Shown: one piece after another, positions 16,480 through 25,711 of the stretch
How positions within the stretch are numbered: position 1 is the first letter of the stretch
Layout: each line of letters starts with the position of its first letter
NCBI RefSeq assembly: GCF_900289195.1
Contig: NZ_OMOH01000003.1
Location: 1-32,000, forward strand
Direction: 5' to 3'
Length of the DNA stretch: 32,000 nt
From: Propionibacterium ruminifibrarum
GTDB taxonomy: Bacteria; Actinomycetota; Actinomycetes; Propionibacteriales; Propionibacteriaceae
Position numbers and translations under genes: made by a program
The notes under the pieces: model-generated
The model's database searches: none
Told to the model about the DNA's origin: nothing
What the model saw: the letters and a program-made list of their open reading frames with translations, nothing else

Positions 16480-16988
16480 GCGTGTCCCCGGCGGGTCCCC
16501 CGGTGCGCCGTTCCCGGCCCCGGCGCCGACCCGCACCCGGTACCCCGCGTGCGGCGGCCGCTCTGGGGAGTGGGGAAGGGGGAGTCGTCGGTGAGGCGCC
16601 CTGCCGTGGCAACGCCGATTCTCGCCGTATCGAAGGACGCCGTGCGCACGGTACGGCCCGGTGCCGTGCCGGGGCCGCCGCCTGACATGGCGGCCTTGAT
16701 GGTGCCCAGACCGAAGGCGTCCCACCAGCTCTTCACGCCGGGACGCTCGCGCAGCAGCGCACGCCGTTCGCGCTCGGTCATGCCGCCCCAGATGCCCCAC
16801 TCGATCCGGTCGTCGAGAGCGACCGCCAGGCATTCCCTCCGGACGGGGCATTTCGTGCAGATGCCCCTCGCGCTCTGCTGCGCCGAGGCCTCGGGGAAGA
16901 GATCGTCGCCCATGCCGCGGCATGCGGCGTGCATCATCCACTCGTACTCTTCGCCGGTTCTCGGGCGCCCCTCGTTGCGCGCCACCAT
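16476..16988 (-). CDS. WhiB-family Fe-S transcriptional regulator with a long C-terminal extension
   Basis: Four Cys residues are arranged as C...C-x2-C-x5-C (AACRG...GICTKCPVRREC). The WGIWGG turn and a basic ERERRALLRER segment are present. The ATG at 16988 has a GGAAGGAG SD. The stop overlaps the ptpA ATG (ATGA). The last roughly 70 aa are low-complexity. Confidence 0.85.
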   Translation of the reverse strand: MVARNEGRPRTGEEYEWMMHAACRGMGDDLFPEASAQQSARGICTKCPVRRECLAVALDDRIEWGIWGGMTERERRALLRERPGVKSWWDAFGLGTIKAAMSGGGPGTAPGRTVRTASFDTARIGVATAGRLTDDSPFPTPQSGRRTRGTGCGSAPGPGTAHRGTRRGHA

Positions 16989-17240
16989 GTCGAGTTCTCC
17001 TTCCTCAGCGCAGAGGTGCACGGCCCGGACGGGCCACGACCGAGGTGAAGAGAGCGCCGCGAACGTCAGCTACGTAGCGCACACTTCGATGAAGCCACCC
17101 TCATTGATCGCTCCTACGTTGGTCCAGTGCTACCCGGTTTCGGGAAAAAGTGCAAGCCGGACGGGTAACGGGGTTCGCCTGGCGGGCCGGGCGGCCCGTG
17201 CCCGGTAGAGTGTTCAGCCCACGCGAGGTGAGGGGGAAAC

Positions 17241-18269
17241 ATGTCAGTCGATCTGCGCGGCCGCAGCTTCTTGAAGGAGGCCGACTTCACTCCCGAGGAG
17301 TGGGCCTGGCTCCTGCGTCTCGCCAGTGAGCTGAAGGCCGCGAAGAAGGCCGGCGCCGAACGCCAGCACCTCGTCGGCAAGAACATCGCGCTGCTGTTCG
17401 AGAAGACCTCCACGCGGACCCGGTGCGCCTTCGAGGTGGGCGCCCATGACCAGGGCGCCCACGTCACCTATCTCGACCCCTCCGGCTCCCAGCTCGGCCA
17501 CAAGGAGTCCATCGCGGATACCGCGCGCGTGCTGGGCCGCATGTTCGACGGCATCGAGTACCGGGGTTTCGGGCAGGAGCGCGTCGAGGAGCTCGCCGCC
17601 AAGGCCGGCGTCCCCGTCTGGAACGGGCTGACCGACGAGTGGCACCCCACCCAGATGCTCGCCGACCAGCTCACGATGACCGAGCACACGGGCCGCCCCC
17701 TGGCCGAGATCTCCGTGGCCTACATCGGAGACGCCCGCTTCAACGAGGCGAACTCCCACCTCGTCTCCGGTGCCCTGTCGGGCATGGACATGCGCGTCAT
17801 CGCGCCGAAGCAGCTGCAGAACGACTCCGGGGTGCGGGCCACGGCGGCTCGTATCGCCGAGACCACGGGTGCCCGCCTGACCATCACCGATGACCTTGGT
17901 GCCGTCGAGGGCGTCGACTTCGTCTCGACCGACGTGTGGGTCTCGATGGGCGAGCCGGTGGAGGTCTGGAACGAGCGCATCGAGCTGCTGCGCCCCTACC
18001 AGGTCAATCGCGCCCTGCTCGAGGCCACCGGCAACGCCGACGTCAAGGTGCTGCACTGCCTGCCCGCCTTCCACGACCTGGGCACCACCATCGGACGGCA
18101 GATCCACGAGGCCACCGGCATGAGCGCTCTCGAGGTCAGCGACGACGTCTTCGAGGCCAACGCCGATGTCATCTTCGACGAGGCCGAGAACCGGATGCAC
18201 ACGATCAAGGCGGTCATGGTGGCGACCCTGGCCGAGGACATGATCGCGCCCCGCGCCATCAACTGGTGA
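17241..18269 (+). CDS. argF: Ornithine carbamoyltransferase
   Basis: [17 protein letters not shown] and HCLPAFH motifs are all present. From this window I cannot tell whether the role is anabolic or catabolic (arcB-like). Confidence 0.9.
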   Translation: MSVDLRGRSFLKEADFTPEEWAWLLRLASELKAAKKAGAERQHLVGKNIALLFEKTSTRTRCAFEVGAHDQGAHVTYLDPSGSQLGHKESIADTARVLGRMFDGIEYRGFGQERVEELAAKAGVPVWNGLTDEWHPTQMLADQLTMTEHTGRPLAEISVAYIGDARFNEANSHLVSGALSGMDMRVIAPKQLQNDSGVRATAARIAETTGARLTITDDLGAVEGVDFVSTDVWVSMGEPVEVWNERIELLRPYQVNRALLEATGNADVKVLHCLPAFHDLGTTIGRQIHEATGMSALEVSDDVFEANADVIFDEAENRMHTIKAVMVATLAEDMIAPRAINW

Positions 18270-18333
18270 GCGCCCGCGCCGGCCGGCGCCCCCGGCTGTT
18301 GCACCTCGCACGCCCGCGGCCGAGGATTGGTCC

Positions 18334-18933
18334 GTGAGGTTCACCAGGGAGCAGCTGCGGGCCTGCTACGGGATGCGGGTGCCAGATCTGCTGCCCAACC
18401 CGTTGCGTCTGCTCTTCGTCGGCATCAACCCCAGCCTGTCGAGTGCCGCCGCAGGGGCGCACTTCGCCACGAGGGGCAACCGGTTCTACCCGGCGCTCGC
18501 CGCGGCGGGCATCGTCCGCGACGTCATCGATGCCTCGGACGGCTACCCTCCCGAGGGTCTCGCGCAGCTGCGGGAGGCCGGTGTCGGTGTGACGAACATC
18601 GTCGCCGGGGCGACTGCCCGTGCTGATGAGCTGAGCCGCGACCAGTTGCGGGCCGGAGCGGCAGCGCTCGTCGTGCGGGTCGCCCAACTGCACCCGAAGG
18701 TCGTCGCGATCCTGGGCGTCACCGCGTACCGCACGGCCTTCGCCCGCCCCGGGGCGGTGACGGGGGAGCAGCCCGATCCCATCGCCTGGGACGACGGCAC
18801 CGGGGAGAGCAGGGTCTTCGTCCTGCCCAATCCCAGCGGTCTCAACGCCCACGAGACGGTCGACTCCCTCGCCGCGGCCTATGCCGAGGCGGCGCGCGCG
18901 GCAGGCATCCCGCCCGCCCTGACGGGCCCCTGA
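18334..18933 (+). CDS. mug: G/U mismatch-specific uracil-DNA glycosylase (UDG family 2)
   Basis: The GINPSLSS and LPNPSGLN motifs occur with Mug-like spacing. The start is GTG with a GAGGA SD 7 nt upstream. Confidence 0.85.
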   Translation: MRFTREQLRACYGMRVPDLLPNPLRLLFVGINPSLSSAAAGAHFATRGNRFYPALAAAGIVRDVIDASDGYPPEGLAQLREAGVGVTNIVAGATARADELSRDQLRAGAAALVVRVAQLHPKVVAILGVTAYRTAFARPGAVTGEQPDPIAWDDGTGESRVFVLPNPSGLNAHETVDSLAAAYAEAARAAGIPPALTGP

Positions 18934-18975
18934 GATTGTCCTGGCGAGGGCCCCTGACCGATTCCGTGCAAATGC

Positions 18976-19006
18976 CCGTGACCAGTGCTTTCGCCGCTGG
19001 TCACGG
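18976..19006 (+). terminator. Hairpin between mug and alr, either a terminator or an operator
   Basis: CCGTGACCAG (18976-18985) and CTGGTCACGG (18997-19006) form a perfect 10-bp stem with an 11-nt loop. Confidence 0.45.
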
Positions 19007-19061
19007 ACGGTTCGCGCAGCACCGGTCCCGGTGGAGGTCCGCTCACCTGCGGTGACAGGAT

Positions 19062-20198
19062 GTGCACATGCTGTATGCGACCCACGCCGAGATCAGTCTC
19101 AGGGCCCTCGCCGCGAACGCCCGCGCACTCCGCGAGCGGGCGGCCGGCCGCAAGGTGCTCGCCGCGGTCAAGGCGAACGCCTACGGCCACGGCGCGGTGA
19201 ACGTCGCGCACACCCTGGAGCGGGGCCACCTCGTCGACTGGTTCGGCGTCGCCACCGTGCCCGAGGGCATCGAGCTGCGTGACGCCGGCATCTCGCTACC
19301 GATCCTGAAACTCTCCCACTCCTTCCCCGAGGAACTCGAGGAACAGCTCGCCTCCGGCATCACGCCCACGGTCGTCGACAGCGCCAGTGCCGCCCTGGTC
19401 GCCCGCGTCGCCGGTGACATGGGCCGGGTCAAGGTCCACCTGGCCGTCGACACCGGCATGGGGCGCATCGGCTGCGCGCCCGACGACGCCCTCACCGTCG
19501 CCCGCCGCATCGACGAGCTGGGGCTCGTCCTCGAAGGGGTCTTCACTCACCTGCCGATCAGCGACACCCCCGAGGGCCACGACTTCACCGTCGGCCAGCT
19601 GCGCCGGTTCAACGACACGGTCGCCGCGATCCAGGCCGACCGCGCGACCCGCGACCTGCCGCCGGTGCCTCTCATCCACGGCGCCGCGTCGGCGGCACTG
19701 CTCGGACACGACCTCACCGGCCTGACGATGGTGCGTCCCGGCGTCGCCATGTACGGCATGTACCCCGACCCCGCCACGCCGAAGACCGTCGACCTGGAAC
19801 CGGTCATGTCGCTCTACAGCCGCGTCAGCATGATCAAGCACGTTCCGGCGGGCACGACGATCGGCTACGGCCGCACGTGGCGGGCCCCCACCAACCGCTG
19901 GATAGCCACGGTGCCGATCGGCTACGGCGACGGGTTCAACCGGCTGAACTCCAACACCGGGCGCATGCTCATCAACGGGCGCAGCTTCCCGATCGCCGGG
20001 CGGGTCTGCATGGACCAGACGATGCTCGACCTCGGCGAGCGGGACGACCACGGCGTGCGCCCCGGCAACAAGGTCACAGTCCTGGGGGCGGACGGCGACC
20101 AGCGGATCACCGCCGACGAACTCGCCGAACGCGCCCGCACCATCAACTACGAGGTGACGACCTCGCTCGGCTCACGCGTGCTGAAGATGCCGTACTGA
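19062..20198 (+). CDS. alr: Alanine racemase
   Basis: The PLP-lysine motif is AAVKANAYGHGA. The C-terminal domain contains YGDGF and CMDQ. The start is ambiguous between the GTG at 19062 and the ATG at 19068. Confidence 0.9.
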   Translation: MHMLYATHAEISLRALAANARALRERAAGRKVLAAVKANAYGHGAVNVAHTLERGHLVDWFGVATVPEGIELRDAGISLPILKLSHSFPEELEEQLASGITPTVVDSASAALVARVAGDMGRVKVHLAVDTGMGRIGCAPDDALTVARRIDELGLVLEGVFTHLPISDTPEGHDFTVGQLRRFNDTVAAIQADRATRDLPPVPLIHGAASAALLGHDLTGLTMVRPGVAMYGMYPDPATPKTVDLEPVMSLYSRVSMIKHVPAGTTIGYGRTWRAPTNRWIATVPIGYGDGFNRLNSNTGRMLINGRSFPIAGRVCMDQTMLDLGERDDHGVRPGNKVTVLGADGDQRITADELAERARTINYEVTTSLGSRVLKMPY

Positions 20199-20220
20199 CC
20201 CGGACCGCACCGGGGCGGCC

Positions 20221-20928
20221 CTACTCGGACTGGGTGATCGACCGTCGCACGACGAACTGTTGGCGCGCGTAGCGGGCGACCGCCCAGGTCGAGTAGCCGT
20301 CGGTGGCCATGCCGACCCCACCGCCGATCACCGGCACCCGCTTGCTCACGAAGGAGACGGTCTGCTTCGTACCGGCCCGCCCGAGCAGCGACGACAGAAC
20401 CTGTTCGGCGATCTGCTGCTCGAGATCCTCGTCGGGGACGGGTGCCGTTGCGATGCCCAGCGGCGTGCTCGGCAGCTTGCCGTCGGTGACGAGGACATCG
20501 ACGGTGCGTCGTCCCAGCAGCGTGATCCAGATGGCCTGGCGCACGCGCGGGTCGTCGAGGTCGTATCCGCGCAGATGGGCGATCGCCGCGACCATGCGTG
20601 TCTGGATCACCGTGACGGCGGCGAGGTTGGCCGGGATGCCGGCAACGGCCGTGATGGCCCCGCCGAGATTCGTCACGAAGCCCTGGGCGCCGGCCATGGA
20701 GGTATGGGCGCGTGCGATGGCGTCGATGGCGGCCTCGGTACCGCCCCGCTGCCGGCCGAGGGCGGTGGCGGCGGCCTCCCGGGCCCCGGGCAGTCTTGCG
20801 ACGCCGTTGATGGCGTAGTCCGCCACGTGGCGCAGCGCATTCGCAGTGGGCCCTGAGGCGACCACCGGGACGATCGACACGAGAGCGCCGCCGATGTCCG
20901 TCGCCGACGGTTTCTTGATGAGAGCCAT
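20221..20928 (-). CDS. EcsC-family protein
   Basis: The EcsC-like core reads GAQGFVTNLGGAITAVAGIPANLAAVTVIQTRMVAAIAHLRGYD. The ATG at 20928 has an AGGAGG SD. The track start at 21078 was trimmed. Confidence 0.7.
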   Translation of the reverse strand: MALIKKPSATDIGGALVSIVPVVASGPTANALRHVADYAINGVARLPGAREAAATALGRQRGGTEAAIDAIARAHTSMAGAQGFVTNLGGAITAVAGIPANLAAVTVIQTRMVAAIAHLRGYDLDDPRVRQAIWITLLGRRTVDVLVTDGKLPSTPLGIATAPVPDEDLEQQIAEQVLSSLLGRAGTKQTVSFVSKRVPVIGGGVGMATDGYSTWAVARYARQQFVVRRSITQSE

Positions 20929-21173
20929 GGGACCTCCTGAACCAGCTATCTCCACCGTAGCCGAGGTCCGGACGGGCCGTCCCCGCCTGCCGGGCGTCCA
21001 CCGCCGTGGGCATGCGGCCAGGGGCCGGCTCGGGGATCGTAATATGGACCGGTTACTGAACGCCGATGACGGCGTCATCAGGCCTCCGGTCGCAGACCCG
21101 ACGCCCCAGTCCGGCGCACGTGTCCCGAGTCTCCGCGGGGAGAGGCGGCCATTGACCTAAGGAAGGACGCGCT

Positions 21174-22463
21174 GTGACGGAATTCGCCACACTCGAGATC
21201 GACGGTAAGACCTACCAGCTGCCCATCGCGGTGGGCAGTTGCGGCGAGAGGGCCATCGACATCAGCTCGCTGCGCGCCGAGTCCGGTTACATCACCCTGG
21301 ACGAGGGATACCGCAACACCGGCTCATGCAGCTCGGCCATCACGTTCATCGACGGCGAGAAGGGGATTCTGCGGTACCGCGGCATCCCGATCGAGACCCT
21401 CGCCGAGAAGTCGGATTTCCTCGAGGTCGCCCAGCTGCTCATCTTCGGTCACCTGCCGACGAAGGCGCAGACCCAGAGCTTCAGCGACCTGCTCACCGAG
21501 AACGCCGCACTGCACACCTCGATGAGCAAGCACTACGACGCCTTCCCCGAGCAGGCGAACCCGATGGCCATCCTGTCGGCCATGATCAACGCGCTGTCGT
21601 CCCACGACCGCCCGAGGATCGACCCCGGGGACGACGCGATGCTCGAGCGCTACGCGGCCAACCTCATGTCGAAGGTGCGCACCATCGCCGCCGGCTCCTA
21701 CAAGACCTCGGTGGGTGAACCGATCGTCTACCCGCGCCAGGACCACCGCTACGCGCAGAACTTCCTGCACATGATGTTCTCGCTGCCCTACAAGGAGTTC
21801 TACCCGAGCGAGGCCCAGGCGCACGCGCTGGACCTGTTCTTCATGCTGCACGCCGACCACGAGCAGAACTGCTCCACCTCGACCGTGCGCATGGTGGCCT
21901 CGGGCAATGCGAACCTGTACGCCTCGTGCTCCGCCGGCGTCGACGCCCTGTGGGGTTCGCGTCACGGCGGCGCCAATGTCGCCGTCGTCCAGATGCTCCA
22001 GCGCCTGCGACGCGAGGGCATCAGCCCCGCACGGTTCCTCGCCGACGTCAAGGACCGCAGGAACTCGGTGCGTCTCATGGGCTTCGGCCACCGGGTCTAC
22101 AAGACGATGGACCCACGCGCCAGGCTGCTCGGCGACACGGCCGACCGGCTGCTCGAGTCGATGCACGTCGAGGACCCGCTGCTCGACCTGGCCCGCGAGC
22201 TCGCCGACGTGGCCCGGGCCGATGACTACTTCGTCGAGCGCCACCTGTACCCGAACGTCGACTTCTTCTCCGGTGTCATCCTGCGGGCCCTCGGCATCCC
22301 CCTCAGCATGTACACGGTGATGTTCGCGATCGGGCGGGTTCCCGGCTGGATCGCCAACTGGCGCGAGATCATCTTCGACGAGAGCACCCGCATCTACCGC
22401 CCGCGCCAGATCTACACGGGCCCGGCCGAGACCGAGTGGGTCGACCTCGAGGACCGCGCGTAG
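21174..22463 (+). CDS. gltA: Citrate synthase
   Basis: GFGHRVYKTMDPRA signature, LHADHEQN, and a length of 429 aa. The start is GTG with an AAGGAAGGA SD. Confidence 0.93.
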   Translation: MTEFATLEIDGKTYQLPIAVGSCGERAIDISSLRAESGYITLDEGYRNTGSCSSAITFIDGEKGILRYRGIPIETLAEKSDFLEVAQLLIFGHLPTKAQTQSFSDLLTENAALHTSMSKHYDAFPEQANPMAILSAMINALSSHDRPRIDPGDDAMLERYAANLMSKVRTIAAGSYKTSVGEPIVYPRQDHRYAQNFLHMMFSLPYKEFYPSEAQAHALDLFFMLHADHEQNCSTSTVRMVASGNANLYASCSAGVDALWGSRHGGANVAVVQMLQRLRREGISPARFLADVKDRRNSVRLMGFGHRVYKTMDPRARLLGDTADRLLESMHVEDPLLDLARELADVARADDYFVERHLYPNVDFFSGVILRALGIPLSMYTVMFAIGRVPGWIANWREIIFDESTRIYRPRQIYTGPAETEWVDLEDRA

Positions 22464-22482
22464 TGGGCCCGACCCGGCCCAC
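22463..22482 (+). terminator. Short hairpin overlapping the gltA stop
   Basis: GTGGGCC (22463-22469) pairs with GGCCCAC (22476-22482) around a 6-nt loop. Confidence 0.35.
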
Positions 22483-22490
22483 CTGAGGCG

Positions 22491-23260
<770 letters not shown>

Positions 23261-23272
23261 CCCCAGACCCTC

Positions 23273-23308
23273 CAGAAGGGCCCCATCCGTGCGGATGGGG
23301 CCCTTCTG
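23273..23308. terminator. Strong bidirectional hairpin terminator
   Basis: CAGAAGGGCCCCATCC, a GTGC loop and GGATGGGGCCCTTCTG form a perfect 16-bp stem. It lies between the convergent rpf gene and the 23420..23872 gene. Confidence 0.7.
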
Positions 23309-23419
23309 CGTGTGAACGGGGTCCGGCCCGACGGTCTGCTGCGGGTTCGCCCCGCCCGGGGCGCGTGCCGAGCCGTCGGGTCGCCCGGCTGTCCTGGCCG
23401 CGGCGTCGAGCGGGGCCGG

Positions 23420-23872
23420 TCAGCGGCCGGGGCTCCGCTTCGGCGTGCCGCGGCGCAGGCTGAGCCCGACGGCGACGGCCGCGGTACCGGCCCACGAGAC
23501 GAGCAGGCCGATGAGCCCCGCCGCCTCGCCGCCGATCGCGGTCAGCGGGATGGCCATCGCCAGGGTGATGACCAGGTCGCGCGTGCGCGCCCGGCGCTCG
23601 GCCGAGCCGTGCTGCTCTTCCAGCTGTTGCTGGTACTGGCGCTGCTGCCAGTCGGCCGCCAGCTTCGCGTTCACATCGGCGACGAAGGCGTCCACGACAT
23701 CGCCACGAAGATTCGGGCCCAGTTCGGCGCTCGCGTCCATCGCCGCCAGCGCATCGGTTCGCGAGACGAGCGGCGGAGGCGCTGCGTCCGGCCGGGTGGC
23801 GCCGGTGCTCGAGGGGGTGTATGGCGTGTGCCTGTACGGCCAGCCCGTGGACATCTGACTCATGACGACCAT
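23420..23872 (-). CDS. Hypothetical small membrane protein
   Basis: The 150-aa ORF has a Pro-rich N-terminus, a Gln/Glu-rich predicted helix (WQQRQYQQQLEEQH) and two C-terminal hydrophobic segments (LVITLAMAIPLTAIGG, LIGLLVSWAGTAAVAVGLSL). I recognise no family. The start is ambiguous among Met1, Met4 and Met7. Confidence 0.5.
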   Translation of the reverse strand: MVVMSQMSTGWPYRHTPYTPSSTGATRPDAAPPPLVSRTDALAAMDASAELGPNLRGDVVDAFVADVNAKLAADWQQRQYQQQLEEQHGSAERRARTRDLVITLAMAIPLTAIGGEAAGLIGLLVSWAGTAAVAVGLSLRRGTPKRSPGR

Positions 23873-23893
23873 TGAACCCCCGGGAGTTCGGCG

Positions 23894-24682
23894 TTGTCAT
23901 CCGACGTCAGGATGAGAAACGGTTCCGTCCGCGGTGCGACTGCCGGTGCGGACGCATACATTGGGCCCGTGCTCACAGATCTCTTCGGCGACGTGTCGCA
24001 GTGGCCCGACCAGGACCTGGTCGGGTTCACCGAGACGCTCGACGCCGATTTCACGCTGGCCGCCTACGCCGCCGGCCTGTTCCCGATGCCCCTGCACGAA
24101 TCGGGCTACGAGGGCATCGGCTGGTGGTCCCCGGTCAACCGTGGCGTCCTGCCCCTGCAGGGCCTGCGGGTCAGCCACAGCCTCAGACGCTCCCTCAACC
24201 GGTACACGACGAGCATCGACCGGGACTTCGAGCGCGTGCTCCTCGGTTGCGCCGACCCCTCGCGCCCCTACGGGTGGATCGACGAGGACATCCGGGCCGT
24301 CTACACCGAACTGCACGAACGCGGCTGGGTGCACTCGGTCGAGACCTGGGACGACGAGGGCCGCCTGGTCGGCGGGCTGTACGGCGTCAGCGTCCGCGGG
24401 CTCTTCGCCGGGGAGTCCATGTTCCACGATCCCCGGTACGGCCGTGACGCGTCGAAGGTGGCGCTCGTGCGCCTCGTCGACGAGTTGAGTGTCGACGGCC
24501 GGGCGGCACTGCTCGACGTGCAGTGGCTCACCCCTCACCTGGCGAGCCTCGGCGGGGTCGAGGTGCCGCGCAGGCACTACCTCGAACTGCTCGGTGACGC
24601 TCTCGGCGAGCCCGGCGCGCCGTGGCCCAGGCCCGCCGAGAGCACCCGTCGTGGCAGGGCGCCCGAGGGCCTGCCACGGTGA
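23894..24682 (+). CDS. aat: Leucyl/phenylalanyl-tRNA--protein transferase
   Basis: GLFPM, WWSP, HSVE, GGLYG, GESMF and ASK blocks appear in the canonical Aat order. The TTG at 23894 has a GGGAG SD 7 nt upstream. An alternative ATG lies at 23912. Confidence 0.85.
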   Translation: MSSDVRMRNGSVRGATAGADAYIGPVLTDLFGDVSQWPDQDLVGFTETLDADFTLAAYAAGLFPMPLHESGYEGIGWWSPVNRGVLPLQGLRVSHSLRRSLNRYTTSIDRDFERVLLGCADPSRPYGWIDEDIRAVYTELHERGWVHSVETWDDEGRLVGGLYGVSVRGLFAGESMFHDPRYGRDASKVALVRLVDELSVDGRAALLDVQWLTPHLASLGGVEVPRRHYLELLGDALGEPGAPWPRPAESTRRGRAPEGLPR

Positions 24683-24747
24683 CGGCCCGGGCGCAGCGCG
24701 CCGGTGACGCCGCTCGGACGTCGGGGTACACGTGGCCAGTCATCGCC

Positions 24748-24753
24748 TAGGCT
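24748..24753 (+). promoter_or_regulatory. Candidate -10 TAGGCT for a leaderless pheA transcript
   Basis: The sequence reads TAGGCT-CGTGACC-ATG(24761). There is no SD. Confidence 0.4.
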
Positions 24754-24760
24754 CGTGACC

Positions 24761-25711
24761 ATGCTCGGATACTTCGGCCCGCAGGGCACCTTCACCCACC
24801 AGGCCCTGCTGTCGTACAGCGAGGACGACGCGGTCCCCTTCCGCACCGTCGCCCAGGCGCTCGACGCCGTGCGTGCGGGGGAGGTCGAGGCCGCCATGGT
24901 GCCGATCGAGAACTCGGTCGAGGGCGGCGTCTCGGCCACTCTCGACAACCTGGCCGATCCCGACGCCGCGCCCCTGCAGATCATTCACGAGGTGCTCGTC
25001 AACGTGCGCTTCAACCTCTGCGTCCGGCCCGGCACGCGCATGGGGCAGATCCGCCGTCTCATCACCCACCCGCACGCGGCGGCCCAGGTGCGTGACTGGC
25101 TCGCCGCGAACCTGCCCGATGTCGAGGTGATCGAGCGCGGTTCCACCGCGGGCGCCGCCAAGGCCGTCGCCGACCCCGACTCCGGTCTCGACGCCGCCGT
25201 CTGCGCCCCCGTCGCCGGCCAGATGTACGGCCTGGAGGCGGTGGCGACCGACATCGCCGACAACGGTGCCGCTGTCACCCGTTTCATCCTGGTCGCCCGT
25301 CCGGGGCAGGCGCCGGCGCCGACCGGCGCGGACAAGACCACGCTCGTGGCCTACATCCAGCAGGACGAGCCCGGCGCCCTGCTGGCCATCCTGCAGCAGC
25401 TGGCGGTGCGCGGCGTCAACCTGTGCCGCATCGAGTCGCGGCCCACCAAGACCGTGCTGGGCAATTACTGCTTCAGCATGGACGCCGAGGGGCACATGGC
25501 CGACGCCCGCATGGCCGAGGCCCTCATGGGGCTCAAACGGGTCTGCAAGCAGGTCGTCTTCCTCGGCAGCTATCCCCGCGCCGACAAGGTGCGTCCCGTC
25601 CTGCGCGCCGGCACCGCCAACACCGACTACGCGGCGGCCTCGGAGTGGTTCGCCGGGCTCGAGGCCACCATGATCGACACCGCCGCCGGGTCGACCTCGG
25701 CCTTGAAGTAG
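24761..25711 (+). CDS. pheA: Prephenate dehydratase
   Basis: MLGYFGPQGTFTHQA, PIENSVEGGV, the TRF motif, and an ACT domain with ESRPTK. The C-terminal extension (ASEWFAGLEA) resembles the tails of actinobacterial PheA proteins. The track start at 24704 was trimmed to the ATG at 24761. Confidence 0.9.
   Translation: MLGYFGPQGTFTHQALLSYSEDDAVPFRTVAQALDAVRAGEVEAAMVPIENSVEGGVSATLDNLADPDAAPLQIIHEVLVNVRFNLCVRPGTRMGQIRRLITHPHAAAQVRDWLAANLPDVEVIERGSTAGAAKAVADPDSGLDAAVCAPVAGQMYGLEAVATDIADNGAAVTRFILVARPGQAPAPTGADKTTLVAYIQQDEPGALLAILQQLAVRGVNLCRIESRPTKTVLGNYCFSMDAEGHMADARMAEALMGLKRVCKQVVFLGSYPRADKVRPVLRAGTANTDYAAASEWFAGLEATMIDTAAGSTSALK

Noticed and set aside
15238-17208. 656-aa plus-strand ORF opposite the S51-like, ptpA and whiB genes
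   Set aside because: It is a shadow ORF with no domain signatures and extreme Arg/Gly/Pro/Asp content.
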